A stretch of DNA of 63,166 bases, counting the filler, from Circinaria calcarea (Eukaryota), in assembly GCA_051942165.1 (NCBI GenBank). It is 12 parts of 12 records of this genome, joined end to end, with 100 filler letters (N's around TTAATTAATTAA, not from the genome) between each part and the next. Parts side by side here need not be neighbours in the genome. Positions count along the whole stretch, not along the records: positions 58,009 to 63,166 come from JAVECS010002013.1; 11 more parts are not named here. One strand, given 5' to 3'. The translations under genes and the position numbers were made by a program. Of the stretch, positions 61,377-63,166 are shown piece by piece (positions within the stretch are counted from its first letter, which is position 1; the number at the start of each line of letters is the position of its first letter). The notes beneath the pieces are model-generated. The model saw only the letters and a list, made by a program, of their open reading frames with translations. It was not told the origin of the DNA and searched no databases.

Positions 61377-62659
61377 ATGAGCAATGTCATGTCTCTGTAT
61401 TATAGTCTCCGACCGCCAACTCCAACACTGACGGAAAAGAATCTGGCGGACCAATCGGGCAAAGTCACTACTCTCATGATGCCCAATCCGTAGAATATAC
61501 TAGCTAAGGACAATATCCCACAGGTCTTTATCGTCACAGGTCAGCAGCGAGGATCCAATCCTCCCCATCCCAATTGCCGAGCTAGTATTGACTCCCCTCT
61601 TCCCCCTACAGGAGCCTCCTCCGGCGTTGGAGAACAACTCGCGAGCATTCTCTACCAGCACAATGCCAAAGTCTACGTCGCTGCGCGTTCCGAAGCCAAG
61701 GCTTCCAAGGCTATCGAGGGAATCAAGTCAACGCACGCAACCTCAAAAGGCGAACTCGTATATCTCCACCTCGACTTGAACGACCTCACGACCATCAAAC
61801 AGTCAGCGGAAGACTTTCTCAGCAGGGAAGATCGCTTGGACGTTCTTTGGAACAATGCCGGCGTGATGGTTCCTCCACAGGGGAGCAAGTCGGCGCAGGG
61901 ACATGAGCTTCAACTTGGGACGAATAACGTAGCACCATTTCTCTTCACGAAGCTGTTACTCCCAATACTAGCAAAAACAGCAAAGACGGCTCCCCCCAAC
62001 AATGTTCGTGTCGTCTGGGTATCGTCCACCGCAGCGGTCTTGGCTCCCAAGCCAGCGATTGACTTGTCGAACATGGATTACCAAAAGGACGAAATCGCTT
62101 GGATAAAATACAACAGGAGTAAGGCGGGCAATGTAGTGCACTCGGCCGAGTTTGCAAGACGGTACAAAGACGACGGTATTATCAGTATTGTACGTATGGA
62201 TGCGTTCGAATTTTTGTGAGGACCCGCTACCAGAAACTAAAGCAAAACAAACAGGCTCTCAATCCAGGAAACCTGAAAACGGACCTGCAAAGAAACGTGT
62301 CGAGAATACAACTCGCCATCCTCGTAAGTTTGGCCAAGTCATCGTGATTGCAAAGAGCCCGCGTTAACAGAGCATACCCATCAGCATTTCATATTGTACC
62401 CGCCCATCTACGGCGCCTACACCGAACTCTACGCCGGTCTCTCGCCAGACATCACCCAAAAGGACAATGGCGGATGGGGTAAGTTTATCAGAACTCTCGC
62501 CTCCACATCAACTTTACAACGTGACTGTTACTTACAAAAAACTCCCCTCTAGTTTCCCCCTGGGGCCGTCTCGAGCCGGGACGCAAGGATCTCCTGGAAC
62601 CAGATCTGGGCCGGAAGTTTTGGGAGTGGACCGAGAAGCAGGTCAAGGAGTACGAGTAA
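61377..62659 (+). CDS. Short-chain dehydrogenase/reductase (retinol-dehydrogenase-like), multi-intron
   Basis: LTEKNLADQSGK|VFIVT|GASSGVG (micro-exon 61524-61539)..VYVAARS..LDVLWNNAGVMVPP..QLGTNNVAPFLFTKLLLP..YNRSK..LNPGNLKTDL..GAYTELYAGLSP..FWEWTEKQVKEYE*. Confidence 0.92.
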
Positions 62660-63166
62660 ACGGGAGCGGGGATAAAAACGAAAAAAAGAAAGGGGCTGGG
62701 AAAACACGCGTCTGCTGGTTCAGATGTTTCACCGCAGATACCGGAACGTCTTTCATGTATCATATTTAGCAAAACAAAATCATCTTATTAGTCTTCTTCC
62801 GAGTACGCCACGCCATCCCCTTCAACCCATTCTTATGCGCATGAACAGCACGGACCGCGGCCAGCCCAGCTTCTGGGTTCCCCGTGCCAACCAACTCTGC
62901 CGGACGATTTCATACCCTCCCTACCTAGTATTCCTAAACGCAGGATTTCATGGCCCCCTTTCGAACAAACCAATTCCCAAGGGATACATACCCCTATCCT
63001 ACCCTAATTTCGAACAAATTTTTCCCCCCGTTCGCCAAGTCCCAAGAAACCCCCCCCTCTTGTTGAATGAATAGCCTCTCTTTCTGTCTACAGTACCCCC
63101 CAAAAAAAAGGTTCCGCACCCGACCCGACCTGCCAGCTGCACGAAAACAGGTAGAGGGAAAAGAGG

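Overview
Filamentous ascomycete (Pezizomycotina) nuclear DNA, intron-rich; some gene families hint at a lichen-forming fungus, but that is inference. The window is NOT one locus. It is 12 unlinked contigs of monotonically decreasing length (5185 to 5158 bp) joined by artificial 100-nt spacers (N44-TTAATTAATTAA-N44), so neighbourhood across spacers is meaningless. Recognisable genes: ApsA/Num1 and StuA 3' parts; a DUF3431 protein; a pepsin-fold membrane protein lacking both catalytic Asp motifs; GT25; an FAD amine-oxidase tail; an SR140-like N-terminus; a CAP/Srv2 tail (missed by the ORF track); a PTEN-like phosphatase; a BSP peptidase; a Stu1/CLASP-like N-terminus with an in-frame hydrophobic leader; HP1 head-to-head with CCT5; an Argonaute with an RS/RD-rich N-terminus; the LEU1 tail; an AFG2-like tail; SEC4; a PAP2 phosphatase; a SMYD-type SET protein; EMW1; a small conserved protein; histone H1; an SDR. 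Most notable: (i) contig 9, with a two-domain Cys-patterned (KP4-like?) gene beside decayed ACH1, DUF3328/UstYa and methyltransferase relics; (ii) a degenerate tRNA-Phe-like element with a perfect B-box; (iii) a strand-specific 15-bp hairpin in a histone H1 intron; (iv) an HTFN[DN] pentapeptide repeat with synonymous variation upstream of the Argonaute. No new multi-gene system can be firmly claimed from sequence alone. All family calls rest on recalled motifs, not database searches.
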